DNA of 64,000 nt from an uncultured delta proteobacterium. GTDB taxonomy: Bacteria; Desulfobacterota; WTBG01. The DNA is taken from NCBI GenBank assembly GCA_963793865.1, contig CAWCBP010000012.1:96001-160000 (forward strand). The letters are read 5' to 3'. Positions within the stretch are counted from its first letter, which is position 1; each line of letters opens with the position of its first letter. Below the pieces are notes generated by a model. The model worked only from the letters and a program-made list of their open reading frames with translations. It was not told the origin of the DNA and did not search any database. The position numbers and the translations under genes are program-made. Positions 30,737-40,590 of this stretch are shown here, piece by piece.

Positions 30737-31588
30737 ATGCCGAAAGTCAGCGTTATAATTCCCACCCACAACCGCGCGGCCATGGTGCGGGAAGCCATTG
30801 AATCCGTGCTTGCGCAGAGCTATGCCGACCGGGAACTGATTGTGGTGGACGACGGGTCAACCGACGGCACAGAGGCGGCGATTTCCTCCCTCATCCCTCA
30901 GCTCACCTATGTCTACCAGGAGCATCGGGGTGTGAGCGCCGCCCGGAACCGGGGTGCTTCGCTCGCGCGGGGCGAATACCTTGCCTTTCTCGACTCCGAT
31001 GACCTCTGGCTCAGGGACAAGCTGGGCAGGCAGATGCAGTTCATGGAGTCGCACCCTGAGGCGCTCATATGCTACACTGATGAGATATGGATACGGAGAG
31101 GGGTGCGGGTCAATCCCATGAAGAAGCACAAAAAACACTCGGGAATGATCTTTCCCCACTGCCTCCCGCTCTGCATTATCAGCCCCTCATCGGCTCTGTT
31201 TGCCCGCGGACTTCTGGAGGAGACGGGCATGTTCGACGAGACGCTGGCGGTGTGCGAGGATTATGACCTCTGGCTCCGCATCGCGGCGCGCTATCCCGTG
31301 TACCTGGTGGATGCTCCTCTCATCGTCAAGCGGGGGGGGCACGATGATCAGCTTTCCCGCAGCCGGACCGGCCAGGACCGTTATCGCATCGCGGCCATCG
31401 AGAAGCTGTTGCGGGGAGGACAACTCACCGCCGGCCAAAGGGAGCTCGCGGTCAGGGAGCTGGTCAGGAAATGTTCCATTTACGGGAACGGGTGCATTAA
31501 ACGGGGGAGGGGCGACGAAGGCGAACGCTTCCTGGCCATTGCTGCCGCATACAGCACCCCGGGAGCCGCAAAGGTGGAGCCGATATGA
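30737..31588 (+). CDS. Glycosyltransferase family 2
   Basis: VSVIIPTHNR, VDDGSTD, AFLDSDD and EDYDLWLR. Confidence 0.92.
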   Translation: MPKVSVIIPTHNRAAMVREAIESVLAQSYADRELIVVDDGSTDGTEAAISSLIPQLTYVYQEHRGVSAARNRGASLARGEYLAFLDSDDLWLRDKLGRQMQFMESHPEALICYTDEIWIRRGVRVNPMKKHKKHSGMIFPHCLPLCIISPSSALFARGLLEETGMFDETLAVCEDYDLWLRIAARYPVYLVDAPLIVKRGGHDDQLSRSRTGQDRYRIAAIEKLLRGGQLTAGQRELAVRELVRKCSIYGNGCIKRGRGDEGERFLAIAAAYSTPGAAKVEPI

Positions 31589-33111
31589 TTCCAACCATAG
31601 GAGAGATGCTGGCCATTTCAGCCGGCAGGGTTCCCGGAAGGCGGGCGCTGGTGTGCGATAATGAGGAGCTAAGCTACCGGGAGCTCAATGCCCGGGTGAA
31701 TCAGACAGTGCGTGGTTTCATGACCTGCGGTATTACCGCCCATGACCGGGTGGCCCTGCTGCTTCATAACAGCGTTGAGCTGGCCGTGCTGCTGATGGGC
31801 CTGGCCCGGGCGGGCATTGTCGGCATCCCGCTCAATTACAGGCTTCACCCGGGGGAGCTTGCCGCTGTGATTGCCCAATCCGGCGCCACCGTTCTGTTCG
31901 TGGGCGATGAGTTGGAACCCCTCTTCACTGCGTGCGATATCCATGCCTCGTCGGTCAGATCTGTCATGCAGGTAAAAACCTCGTCCGCCAAGGGAGGCGG
32001 TTTTTGGGAAATCTGCAGGGGCCGGCCGGACGGCCATCTCCCGGCTGCAGCGGGGCCCGGCCGCGATTCCTTCATCATTTACACCTCCGGCACCACGGGA
32101 TTCCCGCGCGGGGTGGTTCTGACCCACGGCAATCACTTTTGGAACGCGGTGAATTATTCGGTCGCCTACGGGATGACGGAGACCGACGTGGAGTTGGGGC
32201 TCTCGCCTCTCTTTCATTCAGCAACCCTGGGAAGGATGATCACCTGTTTTTTTGTCGGCGCCGCCTTTGTGACCTCCCGGCAGTTTCATCCCCAAACCGC
32301 CATGGAGCTTATCGCACGAAACCGGGTTACCTCCATAACCCAGTCGCCCACCATGTATGCCGCCCTTGGCAATCTCACCGGCGCGGATCGATACGACACC
32401 GGATCGGTAAGACGAGTTGTCTCCGGTGCTGCTTTGCTTTTCCCCGGCTTACGGAAAGACCTGTCCCGGCTGTTTCCCGGTGCCGGCATATTTGATCTGT
32501 ACGGGCTGACCGAGGCCGCTCCGGGTGTCTCCATACTGACCCCCCATGATCCCCCTGAAAAGATGGACAGCGTGGGCCGGCCGATGGTGAGTGTCCGGAT
32601 CAGCATTGTCGACGAGTGCGGCGTCGCAGTGCCTGCCGGGGAGTGCGGTGAAATTCTGTGCCGCGGGCCGAACGTCATGAAGGGCTACTACAATAATGAA
32701 GCGGCCACTGCTGAAGCGCTTAAAGACGGATGGCTCCATACGGGAGACACCGGAAAAATCGATGAGGATGGATACCTCTATCTGACCGGCAGAAAAAAAG
32801 AGATGATCATCCGCGGGGGGGAAAAAATCTATCCCGCTGATGTGGAACGGGTCCTCCACGCCCACCCCGCTGTTGCCGAAGCCGCGGTGATAGGCGTGCC
32901 CGATGACTACTGGGGCGAGCGGGTTGCGGCGGTCGTGGTCCTCCGCGCGGGGGAAACCCTGGGCGAACAGGACCTGATTGCCTTTTGTTCACGCCATGTG
33001 GCCCGCTACAAAATACCCGCGTGCGTTACCTTTACCGACCGCCTGCCTAAAAACGCAGCCGGGAAGGTGATAAAGTCCTATTTGGGGACGTTGTTGACTA
33101 AGTGGAATTGA
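31585..33111 (+). CDS. Long-chain acyl-CoA synthetase / AMP-binding enzyme
   Basis: YTSGTTGFPRG, YGLTE, GWLHTGD and LPKNAAGKV. The last codons lie inside the transposase left IR. Confidence 0.92.
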   Translation: MIPTIGEMLAISAGRVPGRRALVCDNEELSYRELNARVNQTVRGFMTCGITAHDRVALLLHNSVELAVLLMGLARAGIVGIPLNYRLHPGELAAVIAQSGATVLFVGDELEPLFTACDIHASSVRSVMQVKTSSAKGGGFWEICRGRPDGHLPAAAGPGRDSFIIYTSGTTGFPRGVVLTHGNHFWNAVNYSVAYGMTETDVELGLSPLFHSATLGRMITCFFVGAAFVTSRQFHPQTAMELIARNRVTSITQSPTMYAALGNLTGADRYDTGSVRRVVSGAALLFPGLRKDLSRLFPGAGIFDLYGLTEAAPGVSILTPHDPPEKMDSVGRPMVSVRISIVDECGVAVPAGECGEILCRGPNVMKGYYNNEAATAEALKDGWLHTGDTGKIDEDGYLYLTGRKKEMIIRGGEKIYPADVERVLHAHPAVAEAAVIGVPDDYWGERVAAVVVLRAGETLGEQDLIAFCSRHVARYKIPACVTFTDRLPKNAAGKVIKSYLGTLLTKWN

Positions 33112-34159
33112 TATGATAAGGGATAACATACCTTTTCATCACCCGGCGGAGAATGTATGCCGAGACAAGCGCGGCTTGATGCCTCAGGAACACTGCATCA
33201 CGTAATCGTGAGAGGCATTGAAAAGAGAAGGATTGTTGATGACCAAAAGGATCGAGAGGCGTTCGTCTCGCGTTTGGGAGATGTTGCTACTGATACCCGG
33301 ACAGTGATATATGCCTGGTCATTAATGAACAATCATGTACATCTGCTTGTGCGGAGCGGTCCTTCCGGTTTGTCCCAATTCATGCGGCGCTTACTTACCG
33401 GCTATGCCGTCTGGTACAACCGGAGACATTCGCGCATTGGTCATGTTTTTCATAACCGCTACAAGTCGATCGTCTGTGATGAAGACCCCTATTTTCGCCA
33501 GTTGATACGCTACATTCATTTGAATCCATTAAGGGTGCAACTGGTTAAGGATATATCTGAACTCAACCGGCATCCCTGGAGCGGCCATGGGGTCATAATG
33601 GGAAACGTCAAGCATGAATGGCAGGATCGGAGTTATGTATTATCATGCTTTGGTAAAAAGGAAGCCGCGGCAAAAAAAGCCTATCTCGCCTATCTCGAGG
33701 AAGGAGTGGCGCAGGGTAGAAGGCCCGATCTGACCGGTGGTGGTTTAGTGCGCTCTCTTGGGGGATGGTCAGAAGTGGTAAGCTTGCGCAGCAACAAGCA
33801 GCACGTGTTGACCGACGAGCGCATTCTTGGGTCTGGAGATTTTGTTGAAATGGTTCTTAAAGAAGCTGATGAGAGGTTCGGGTTCCAGATTCAAGCAAAG
33901 CAGCAGAGATCCAGGATGCAGCAAATAATCGAGGACGTGTGCAGGAAGGAAGGAATTAATATCAAAGAATTGCGTTTGGGCGGCCGCAGAAAAATGGTTT
34001 CGAGAGTCCGGGCAGATTTAGCTCATACATTAAGTAACGAATTGGGGATTCCTTCGGCAGAGATTGCTCGTCAGTTGGGGGTGTCCACATCTGCGATTGG
34101 CAAGGTTCTTCAACAAAGGGAGAAAAGTAATTCCACTTAGTCAACAACGTCCCCAAATA
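33079..34159 (+). mobile_element. Y1/HUH transposase element bounded by perfect 31-bp inverted repeats
   Basis: 33079-33109 tatttggggacgttgttgactaagtggaatt is the exact reverse complement of 34129-34159. Confidence 0.85.
33157..34140 (+). CDS. REP-associated tyrosine transposase-like (Y1 HUH) protein with C-terminal HTH
   Basis: HHVIVRG, LMNNHVHLL (HUH), RYKSI, RYIHLNP (catalytic Tyr) and AEIARQLGVSTSAI. Confidence 0.9.
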   Translation: MPRQARLDASGTLHHVIVRGIEKRRIVDDQKDREAFVSRLGDVATDTRTVIYAWSLMNNHVHLLVRSGPSGLSQFMRRLLTGYAVWYNRRHSRIGHVFHNRYKSIVCDEDPYFRQLIRYIHLNPLRVQLVKDISELNRHPWSGHGVIMGNVKHEWQDRSYVLSCFGKKEAAAKKAYLAYLEEGVAQGRRPDLTGGGLVRSLGGWSEVVSLRSNKQHVLTDERILGSGDFVEMVLKEADERFGFQIQAKQQRSRMQQIIEDVCRKEGINIKELRLGGRRKMVSRVRADLAHTLSNELGIPSAEIARQLGVSTSAIGKVLQQREKSNST

Positions 34160-35016
34160 TGGTAGGGTTAGAACAAAAGAAAGTCGGGGTGGTGTTCTCG
34201 TCGGGGTTCTTCGGGTTTTTTGCCCATGCCGGCTGTTTGCAGGCCCTGGAGGAGACGGGCGTGCGGCCGGTCGGCTATGGCGGCACCAGCTCGGGCGCCA
34301 TTGTGGCCGCCTACGCCGCGGGGGGCATGAAAGCCCGGGACATGGCCTCTCTCTTTCTGAACCTCAGGAAGAGCGATTTTTGGGATCCCGGGCCCTGGTA
34401 TCAAACCGCTGCCGCGGCCCTGAAGCTGTTCAGGGGCTGGCCCGGCTACCTCGAGGGGGCACGGTTCAACCGGCTGCTGGCCGGCACGCTCCCGGTTAAG
34501 CGGTTTGAAGATTTGCCCGTACCCTGCGTTATTGCCGGCTGCAATCTGACGCGGCATGCACAGCAGGTCTTCACCTCGGGAAGCATTGCCGACGCGGTGC
34601 AGGCCTCCGGTACCATTCCCTGGATCTTCAAATTCAAGGAGATCGGAGGAGATCTTTTTCTGGACGGAGGGCTGGTTGACAAGGCCCCCCTGGAAGCGCT
34701 GGCGGAGAGAATCGATGCCGAGGTCATCATCGTGCACTATATCGATTCACACAACCTGGGGGACGCGCGGCATTCATTTCTATCCAAGCTATTTTCACCC
34801 CAGAAGGCATACAGCCTGGCGGTGAGCATCGCACGCCGGGAGCACTACCGGAGCCAGCTGAAACTGGTGCGGCAGCGGGGAATTTCCGTCATTGAGCTTA
34901 CACCTTCCCTGCCCCGGGTAACACCCGACCGGCTGCATGCGGGGAGGGATGCCTTCGACGCGGCTTACAGGCATGCGAAGGCGGCTCTGGGGGAGGCTGC
35001 CGCCAGGCCGGCATAG
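34159..35016 (+). CDS. Patatin-like phospholipase
   Basis: SSGFFGFFAHAG, GTSSG (GxSxG) and DGG. Confidence 0.9.
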   Translation: MVGLEQKKVGVVFSSGFFGFFAHAGCLQALEETGVRPVGYGGTSSGAIVAAYAAGGMKARDMASLFLNLRKSDFWDPGPWYQTAAAALKLFRGWPGYLEGARFNRLLAGTLPVKRFEDLPVPCVIAGCNLTRHAQQVFTSGSIADAVQASGTIPWIFKFKEIGGDLFLDGGLVDKAPLEALAERIDAEVIIVHYIDSHNLGDARHSFLSKLFSPQKAYSLAVSIARREHYRSQLKLVRQRGISVIELTPSLPRVTPDRLHAGRDAFDAAYRHAKAALGEAAARPA

Positions 35017-35062
35017 GAAAGGCGCGATACAAGGACATTAATATCAGGCGAGGAGAAAGGGG

Positions 35063-35941
35063 ATGAATCCCATGCACCAGACGGCTGATCAAAAAGCGAG
35101 GGTCTCTATCGCGAAAGCGGCCGGCGTGGCCGGGGCGGTTGAAAATGCCCTGCGTCTCATCGGAGGCCTTGAGAAGGCGGTGGCAGGCTATGCCTCGGTT
35201 GTCATTAAGCCCAATTTGTGCGGCGGCGTTCCCGGTGAGCGCGGCTCGCACACCAGCGTCGCCGCAATCGAGGCCGTGCTGCAGCTGCTCTCTCCCCTGA
35301 AAAAAACCGTCTATATCGGCGAGGCGGATGGAAGCTTTAACTGGGCCGACGATGTCTGCAACGCCCTCGACATCTACGACCTGGCCAAGCGCTACGGCGC
35401 CCAGGTGGTTAATCTCAGCAACGGGCCCTCGGTGGAGCTTGCCGTCAGCCAGCCTCTCTCGCTCAAGACGGTTCGCGTCTCACGCCTGCTCACGGAGAGC
35501 GCCATCATAAGCGTGGCCGCGCTCAAGACCCACCCCTGGACAGGGGTGACCTTCAGCATGAAGAACATGTTCGGCGCCATTTATGAGCAGGAGAAGGCTG
35601 TGCTCCATGCGGGGCTGGACAGGAATATCGTCGACATCACGAAAGTCCTGCGGCCCGCCCTGTGCCTGGTGGACGGCAGCTACGCGGTAAAACAGGGGGG
35701 ATTCAAATACGGGGTATGGGTCGGCTGTCCGCCCGACAGGATGGACCTGGTGGTCGCGGGACATGATCCGGTAGCAACCGACACCATCTGTACCGGTTTG
35801 CTCGGCAGGAATCCCGCGCAGGTACAGTACCTCAACCTGGCAGGGGCGCAAAACCTCGGCGTGAACAGCCCGGACCGGATCGATGTTGCTACGGATAATT
35901 TTGACTACGGTGAGCGTGGGTCAGCTCATTCCAGAGCCTGA
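35063..35941 (+). CDS. DUF362 domain protein
   Basis: VVIKPN, LKTH...TFSMKN.FG and DPVATD. Confidence 0.85.
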   Translation: MNPMHQTADQKARVSIAKAAGVAGAVENALRLIGGLEKAVAGYASVVIKPNLCGGVPGERGSHTSVAAIEAVLQLLSPLKKTVYIGEADGSFNWADDVCNALDIYDLAKRYGAQVVNLSNGPSVELAVSQPLSLKTVRVSRLLTESAIISVAALKTHPWTGVTFSMKNMFGAIYEQEKAVLHAGLDRNIVDITKVLRPALCLVDGSYAVKQGGFKYGVWVGCPPDRMDLVVAGHDPVATDTICTGLLGRNPAQVQYLNLAGAQNLGVNSPDRIDVATDNFDYGERGSAHSRA

Positions 35942-36479
35942 CGAACTCCGTAAGGATCCTGGCCGTCGCCCCCCAGATTACATGACCTTCATAGCGGTAG
36001 ACGTGCCCGCGGTAGGCTTTTCCCTCCCGTATGACCGATTCTTCACCGCCGTTGCCCTCGTCGAGGAGGTGGGAAAGAGGAATGGTGATTATTTGTTCCA
36101 CCTCGCGCACGCTCAAGACAAAGGGGTAGGGATAAGGAATGACCCCCACTACCGGAGTAACCCGGTATCCGGTCGACTGCGTTCTCATGTCATCCAGCAG
36201 GCCGAGCACCCGCACATCCTCCGGGCGCATGCCGATTTCTTCATGCGTCTCCCGCAGTGCCGTTCCCTCAAAGGTGCCGTCCGATTCCTCGCAGATGCCC
36301 CCGGGAAAAGAGATCTCGCCTTTGTGGTGCTCAACCTTCCGGCTGCGCTCGATGAAGAGCACGTGGTATGCGCCATTCCTCTTAAACAGGGGAAGCAGCA
36401 CCGCCGCCTGCCTTAAATCACTATCCTGAATGGTGTGCCGTGTCCGCCCGTGGAGCCGGCGCTGCAAGTCTGTTTCCAT
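35889..36479 (-). CDS. Nudix hydrolase, CoA pyrophosphatase type
   Basis: AAVLLPL, HKGEISFPGG, TALRETHEEIG and IWGATA. Confidence 0.9.
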   Translation of the reverse strand: METDLQRRLHGRTRHTIQDSDLRQAAVLLPLFKRNGAYHVLFIERSRKVEHHKGEISFPGGICEESDGTFEGTALRETHEEIGMRPEDVRVLGLLDDMRTQSTGYRVTPVVGVIPYPYPFVLSVREVEQIITIPLSHLLDEGNGGEESVIREGKAYRGHVYRYEGHVIWGATARILTEFVRLWNELTHAHRSQNYP

Positions 36480-36572
36480 GCAACAATCCTCTTACCGAAT
36501 CAAAAAAAGATGCCCCTGGTTATAAGGGCATCTTATCGCAAACCACCGTCACCATACAATGGTTTTTACAGT

Positions 36573-37508
36573 TTAATAGGCCACGTTAACCCTCTGCAGC
36601 CTCCGTGCCTTTTCCAGGCTGTCAGCCACCTGCGGCTGCCTGTCCGGGAACTGTTTGATGAGATTGGTATAGCTTTTCTCCGCCTTGTTATAGTCCTCGA
36701 GATCCAGATAGCAGTCCCCCGCCATCTTGTAAACCTCGTCGATGTGCGGATACTGCGGATTTTTTCTCTGAATATCATCCAGCACCTGTAACGCGGTCTT
36801 GCAATCGTTGAGGTTCTTGTAGCTGAGCGCGAGCTGATAGCCGATGATGGCCTTCTGGGATTCCTGGGGATTCATGGTTAATGCCAGGGAGTAGGTGGCT
36901 ATGGCGTTGGCAAATTCGCCCTGATTGAAATAGAGGTTGCCCAGCTCGAAGGCATAGTGCGCATTCCCTGACTGCGCGGAGGGAAGCTGCAGGAGGTTCC
37001 GCTCATCGGGGACCGCTCTTGCCACCCGGGTGAGCACGTCGGAAGGGCTGGACGGCGACACCCCCTGAATGGGCGCCCTCGCGTCGGCAATCTGCACGTT
37101 CGCTGCCGGGGCGGAAGGGGCGGACCGGTAGCTTTGCTGCCGGGCTGCCATCTGCGCGGTGCCGCCCGTTCCCGTAGCGGGAGGATACTGGGTATAAATA
37201 TAGATGCCCAGGGCCAGCATGACCATTGCTGCCATTGCCGGCGCGGGCCTGAAGAGGAATTGGGCCAGCCAGGATCTTTTCTCCTCGCGGGCGTCGTCCC
37301 GGGCGTGCGCCAGAATTCTCTGGTGCACCAGGGCGCCCGGTTCCCGCTCCAGGCGCTTAAAGGACGTGCGGATCAGCTGCAAAGGGGCCAGCTGCTTCGA
37401 GCAGTATTCACAGCCGCCCAGGTGTTCCTCCACGGCGCGCTTTTCTTCCGGGGGCAGTTCGCCGTAAAGGTAGTCGAGATATTTTTCATCGCATTCGGGA
37501 CAGTTCAC
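36573..37508 (-). CDS. Zinc-finger (zf-HC2) anti-sigma factor with TM helix and TPR domain
   Basis: HLGGCEYC, one TM segment, TPR-like C-terminus; downstream of an ECF sigma. Confidence 0.82.
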   Translation of the reverse strand: MNCPECDEKYLDYLYGELPPEEKRAVEEHLGGCEYCSKQLAPLQLIRTSFKRLEREPGALVHQRILAHARDDAREEKRSWLAQFLFRPAPAMAAMVMLALGIYIYTQYPPATGTGGTAQMAARQQSYRSAPSAPAANVQIADARAPIQGVSPSSPSDVLTRVARAVPDERNLLQLPSAQSGNAHYAFELGNLYFNQGEFANAIATYSLALTMNPQESQKAIIGYQLALSYKNLNDCKTALQVLDDIQRKNPQYPHIDEVYKMAGDCYLDLEDYNKAEKSYTNLIKQFPDRQPQVADSLEKARRLQRVNVAY

Positions 37509-38133
37509 CTTCCATTACCTCTTTGTGTGTGATCCCCTCACGTTTGAGATTCCTGCGCAAATGCTCCAGCGCATAGCGCATTCTGCTCTTTGCCGTGTTG
37601 ACCGGGCATTTGAGCGTCTCGGCAATTTCGGCAAAGCTTAAATTAAGATCCTCGCGCATGAGAAAAATTTCCCTCTGCTCATCCGGCAGCGAGTCAATGG
37701 CCCTCTTCAGGACCTCGGCCAGTTCCCCCATGTGGGCATTTTTTTCGGGGGAGGGGCTGCTGTGCGGCAGGGTTGTTTCCACGGACATGTCTTCGTCGGC
37801 GTCTATGGGCTGCGAGAGTGAGGTCAGCTTGCGGTGCTTCATTTTCCGAAAGTGGTCTATGCACCCGTTTCTCGCGATCTGGTACAGCCAGGTGGTAAAC
37901 TTGGCGGAGGGTTCATACCGCTTGCGCGATTTAACCACCTTGAGAAACACGTCCTGGTGCAGCTCCTCGGCCTGATTGCCGCTTTCCCCGATAAAATGGG
38001 AGATGAAATTGAAGATGCCGTGTTGATGTCTCCAGTAGAGGATTTCAAACGCAGCCTCATTGCCACCCCGGTATTGCAGCATCAGTTCCTCGTCGCTCTG
38101 TTGATTCGCCTGGTTCCTTTGATCACTGGTCAA
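37486..38133 (-). CDS. ECF RNA polymerase sigma factor
   Basis: AEELHQDVFLKV, KFTTWLYQIARN and SFAEIAETL..PVNTAKSR. Confidence 0.92.
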   Translation of the reverse strand: MTSDQRNQANQQSDEELMLQYRGGNEAAFEILYWRHQHGIFNFISHFIGESGNQAEELHQDVFLKVVKSRKRYEPSAKFTTWLYQIARNGCIDHFRKMKHRKLTSLSQPIDADEDMSVETTLPHSSPSPEKNAHMGELAEVLKRAIDSLPDEQREIFLMREDLNLSFAEIAETLKCPVNTAKSRMRYALEHLRRNLKREGITHKEVMEGELSRMR

Positions 38134-38447
38134 AGTTATTCAGCCCATTGAAAGTAAGGTTAGAAACGATGTAAATCATAAAAAGTTTTGACGTTGTGCC
38201 GGCGTCGGCAATTTCTTTTTTTCATCTATATCACGATTTTTCCTTGTTTTCAACCTGTATGGCAACCGGCCGCTTTTTTATGGGGCCTGAAGGCTTTTGA
38301 ATTGACAAATCCTGTGCATCTCCGGTAATTTCTTGCATATGCCGGCTCTATGGGAGATTTTGCCCTAAAACAGGGGGTGTGTTGTTGATCATGAACCGGA
38401 TCAAGGGGTTGTAAGCCGTTACGCTTGATTCATACAAGGGGGGTTTT

Positions 38448-39674
38448 ATGGAAGAAACGGGGCATTCTTTTCGCTGGACAGTCCTTATCCTGTTGTTTTT
38501 CAGTCTTTTTACTGCCACGCTGGCCATGCAGTGCATGCCGCCCCTCTTCTCCCAGATCGCGGAAGAGATTCCTCTCACCAAGGCGCAAATGGGAACAATA
38601 ATGGGAGTGCTTACACTGGCCTCCCTGTTTTTCGCGCCGGTGGGCGGCGCCATCTGCGATAAACTGGGCAGCAGGTGGGCCCTTGGTGTATCGGCGCTCA
38701 TCGTGGCAGCCGGCAGTATCGTGCGCTATTTCGCATCCAGCGCAACGGGCCTCATTGTGTGCATGTTCATCATCGGCGCCGGTATCGCCATGTACCCTCC
38801 CAATCTCCCCAAGGCCCTCGGCAGCTGGTTTGCGCCCAGGGACCTGGCCAAGGTAAACGGTATCTGTCTGGCCGGAATGGGAATAGGCGGGGCGCTGGCG
38901 ATGGCAACTGCGAGAAGTGTCATGTCTCCCGCCCTGGGAGGATGGAGGGGAACAGTGACGTTCCTGGGCGTGCTGGTGCTTGTTGTGGCCGTGCTCTGGA
39001 TGATCTTTTACAGGGACCGCGATGCTGAAGGCGCCGTTTCCGGGCGCAAGCAGAATGTCTTCCAAAATTTTAAAAAAGTGTTGCGGGTGCGGGATATCTG
39101 GCTTATTGCCCTGTACTACGGCCTGAACATGGTTTCGCTGCTGGCGGTCATTACCCTGCTGCCCCTCACCCTGGAGGAGCGCGGGATGGCGAATGCGGGG
39201 GAGCTGGTGGGCATTATGATGGGCACCACGGTTGTGTTCAATATCCTGGGGGGCATACTGTCAGACCGGGTAGGCAGGCGAAAGCCCTTCCTCCTCTTCT
39301 GTGTGCTCATTTTTGCTGTCTGCGCAACCGGTTTTGTGACCCTAACCGGTGCTCCGCTCCTGGCGGCGCTGGTCCTGGCGGGCGCCGCACTGGGCACGAT
39401 TGCGCCGGTATTGATGTCCGTGCCGGTGGAGATGGAGGGGATAGGCACGTCGCTGGTGGGCACGGCAATGGGCTTTATCTTCATGCTGGGGAATACGGGG
39501 GGATTTGTGGGTCCGGTTGTGGCCGGCAAGCTGATGGACCGTGCCGGCTCCCCCCTGCCGGGATTTATTTTTATAGCGGCAGCCCTGGCGGCCGCGGCGT
39601 TATTGATTATTCCCCTCCGTGAAACAGGGAGAAAAAGAAAACCGGGGGAGGCCCCCCCGGCGCATGCCCATTAA
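38448..39674 (+). CDS. MFS transporter
   Basis: About 12 TM segments; motif A variants GAICDKLGSR and GILSDRVGRRK. Confidence 0.9.
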   Translation: MEETGHSFRWTVLILLFFSLFTATLAMQCMPPLFSQIAEEIPLTKAQMGTIMGVLTLASLFFAPVGGAICDKLGSRWALGVSALIVAAGSIVRYFASSATGLIVCMFIIGAGIAMYPPNLPKALGSWFAPRDLAKVNGICLAGMGIGGALAMATARSVMSPALGGWRGTVTFLGVLVLVVAVLWMIFYRDRDAEGAVSGRKQNVFQNFKKVLRVRDIWLIALYYGLNMVSLLAVITLLPLTLEERGMANAGELVGIMMGTTVVFNILGGILSDRVGRRKPFLLFCVLIFAVCATGFVTLTGAPLLAALVLAGAALGTIAPVLMSVPVEMEGIGTSLVGTAMGFIFMLGNTGGFVGPVVAGKLMDRAGSPLPGFIFIAAALAAAALLIIPLRETGRKRKPGEAPPAHAH

Positions 39675-39766
39675 AGACGTACCGTTTTTGTAGCGCTTCC
39701 AATGGTTTTTGTTTTCTGCTGCAGCTGTCTTCCCCGAGAAAGCGGGGATCCATGTCTCATATGAAT

Positions 39767-39794
39767 GCAGGGGCGACCGGCCGGTCGCCCCTAC
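39767..39794. repeat. GTAG-type REP palindrome, copy 2
   Basis: gcaggggcgaccggccggtcgcccctac. Confidence 0.8.
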
Positions 39795-39839
39795 AAGTCA
39801 GACGTTATGTTCGTGTTACGGTATTTATTACCCTCTCCG

Positions 39840-40538
39840 CTAACGGTCAAAAAAGATATTGAGCGCCCTGTCAACACCCTTCTTTTCGCCGAAAAGCATT
39901 TTATACCCTTTAAATCCCGGGTCATGATCTATCACCGTTTTCAGGTACTCTTCAAAGGCGCTTTTGGCCCTCTCCAGTTTCTCGCCGGTCAGGGGCGTCG
40001 CCTGCTCAACCAGGTCCATGAAAACGCCCAGATATTCCCTGAAAAGGCTCAGTGCCCGGTCATCAAGCTCCTGCGCGATTTTCACCTGGCAGACTGCCCG
40101 CGAAAAGACGCTCTGAATCTGGCCGCCCGGTTTCACGGGCGTTTTGAGTAGCTCAGGGTAACGCTCGCGAATGGCAACCAGCCGGTCACACAGGGCGGTG
40201 TCATCGTGACCGGTGACGTCTCCGGTGCGGTGAATATCAACAATCAGCATTCTCGTTTTTCCGGTGATCACTATTTCGCCGGTGAAGACCGGCAGATCCA
40301 GCTCCATGCGGGGGCGTATGAAGACGGAGCGCACTGCCAGGTAGAACGGCGGATCCAGCCTGAACATCACCACCCGGGAGAGCTTCTCGGCGCTGAACAC
40401 CTCGCCGTCCGCCTTTACCAGACCGAGGGTTCTTGCCGGCCGCTCCGGGAAGGGGTGCTTGAGCGCGACCGGGTTGAGGGTGAAGCGTTTCTTAATCTCC
40501 GCCAGCGCGACGGGATGCACATCTCGCAAACTTGTCAT
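39840..40538 (-). CDS. Hypothetical protein, ferredoxin-dependent bilin reductase/RCC-reductase-like
   Basis: P..DLPVF..E, IVDIH and C-terminal DPG...YKMLFG....RALNIFF resemble the FDBR fold (manual comparison). Confidence 0.55.
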   Translation of the reverse strand: MTSLRDVHPVALAEIKKRFTLNPVALKHPFPERPARTLGLVKADGEVFSAEKLSRVVMFRLDPPFYLAVRSVFIRPRMELDLPVFTGEIVITGKTRMLIVDIHRTGDVTGHDDTALCDRLVAIRERYPELLKTPVKPGGQIQSVFSRAVCQVKIAQELDDRALSLFREYLGVFMDLVEQATPLTGEKLERAKSAFEEYLKTVIDHDPGFKGYKMLFGEKKGVDRALNIFFDR

Positions 40539-40590
40539 AAGCGCGGATCCTTTCAGTCAGTTAACGTGTTTTTTAAAGCACCGCTGTCGC

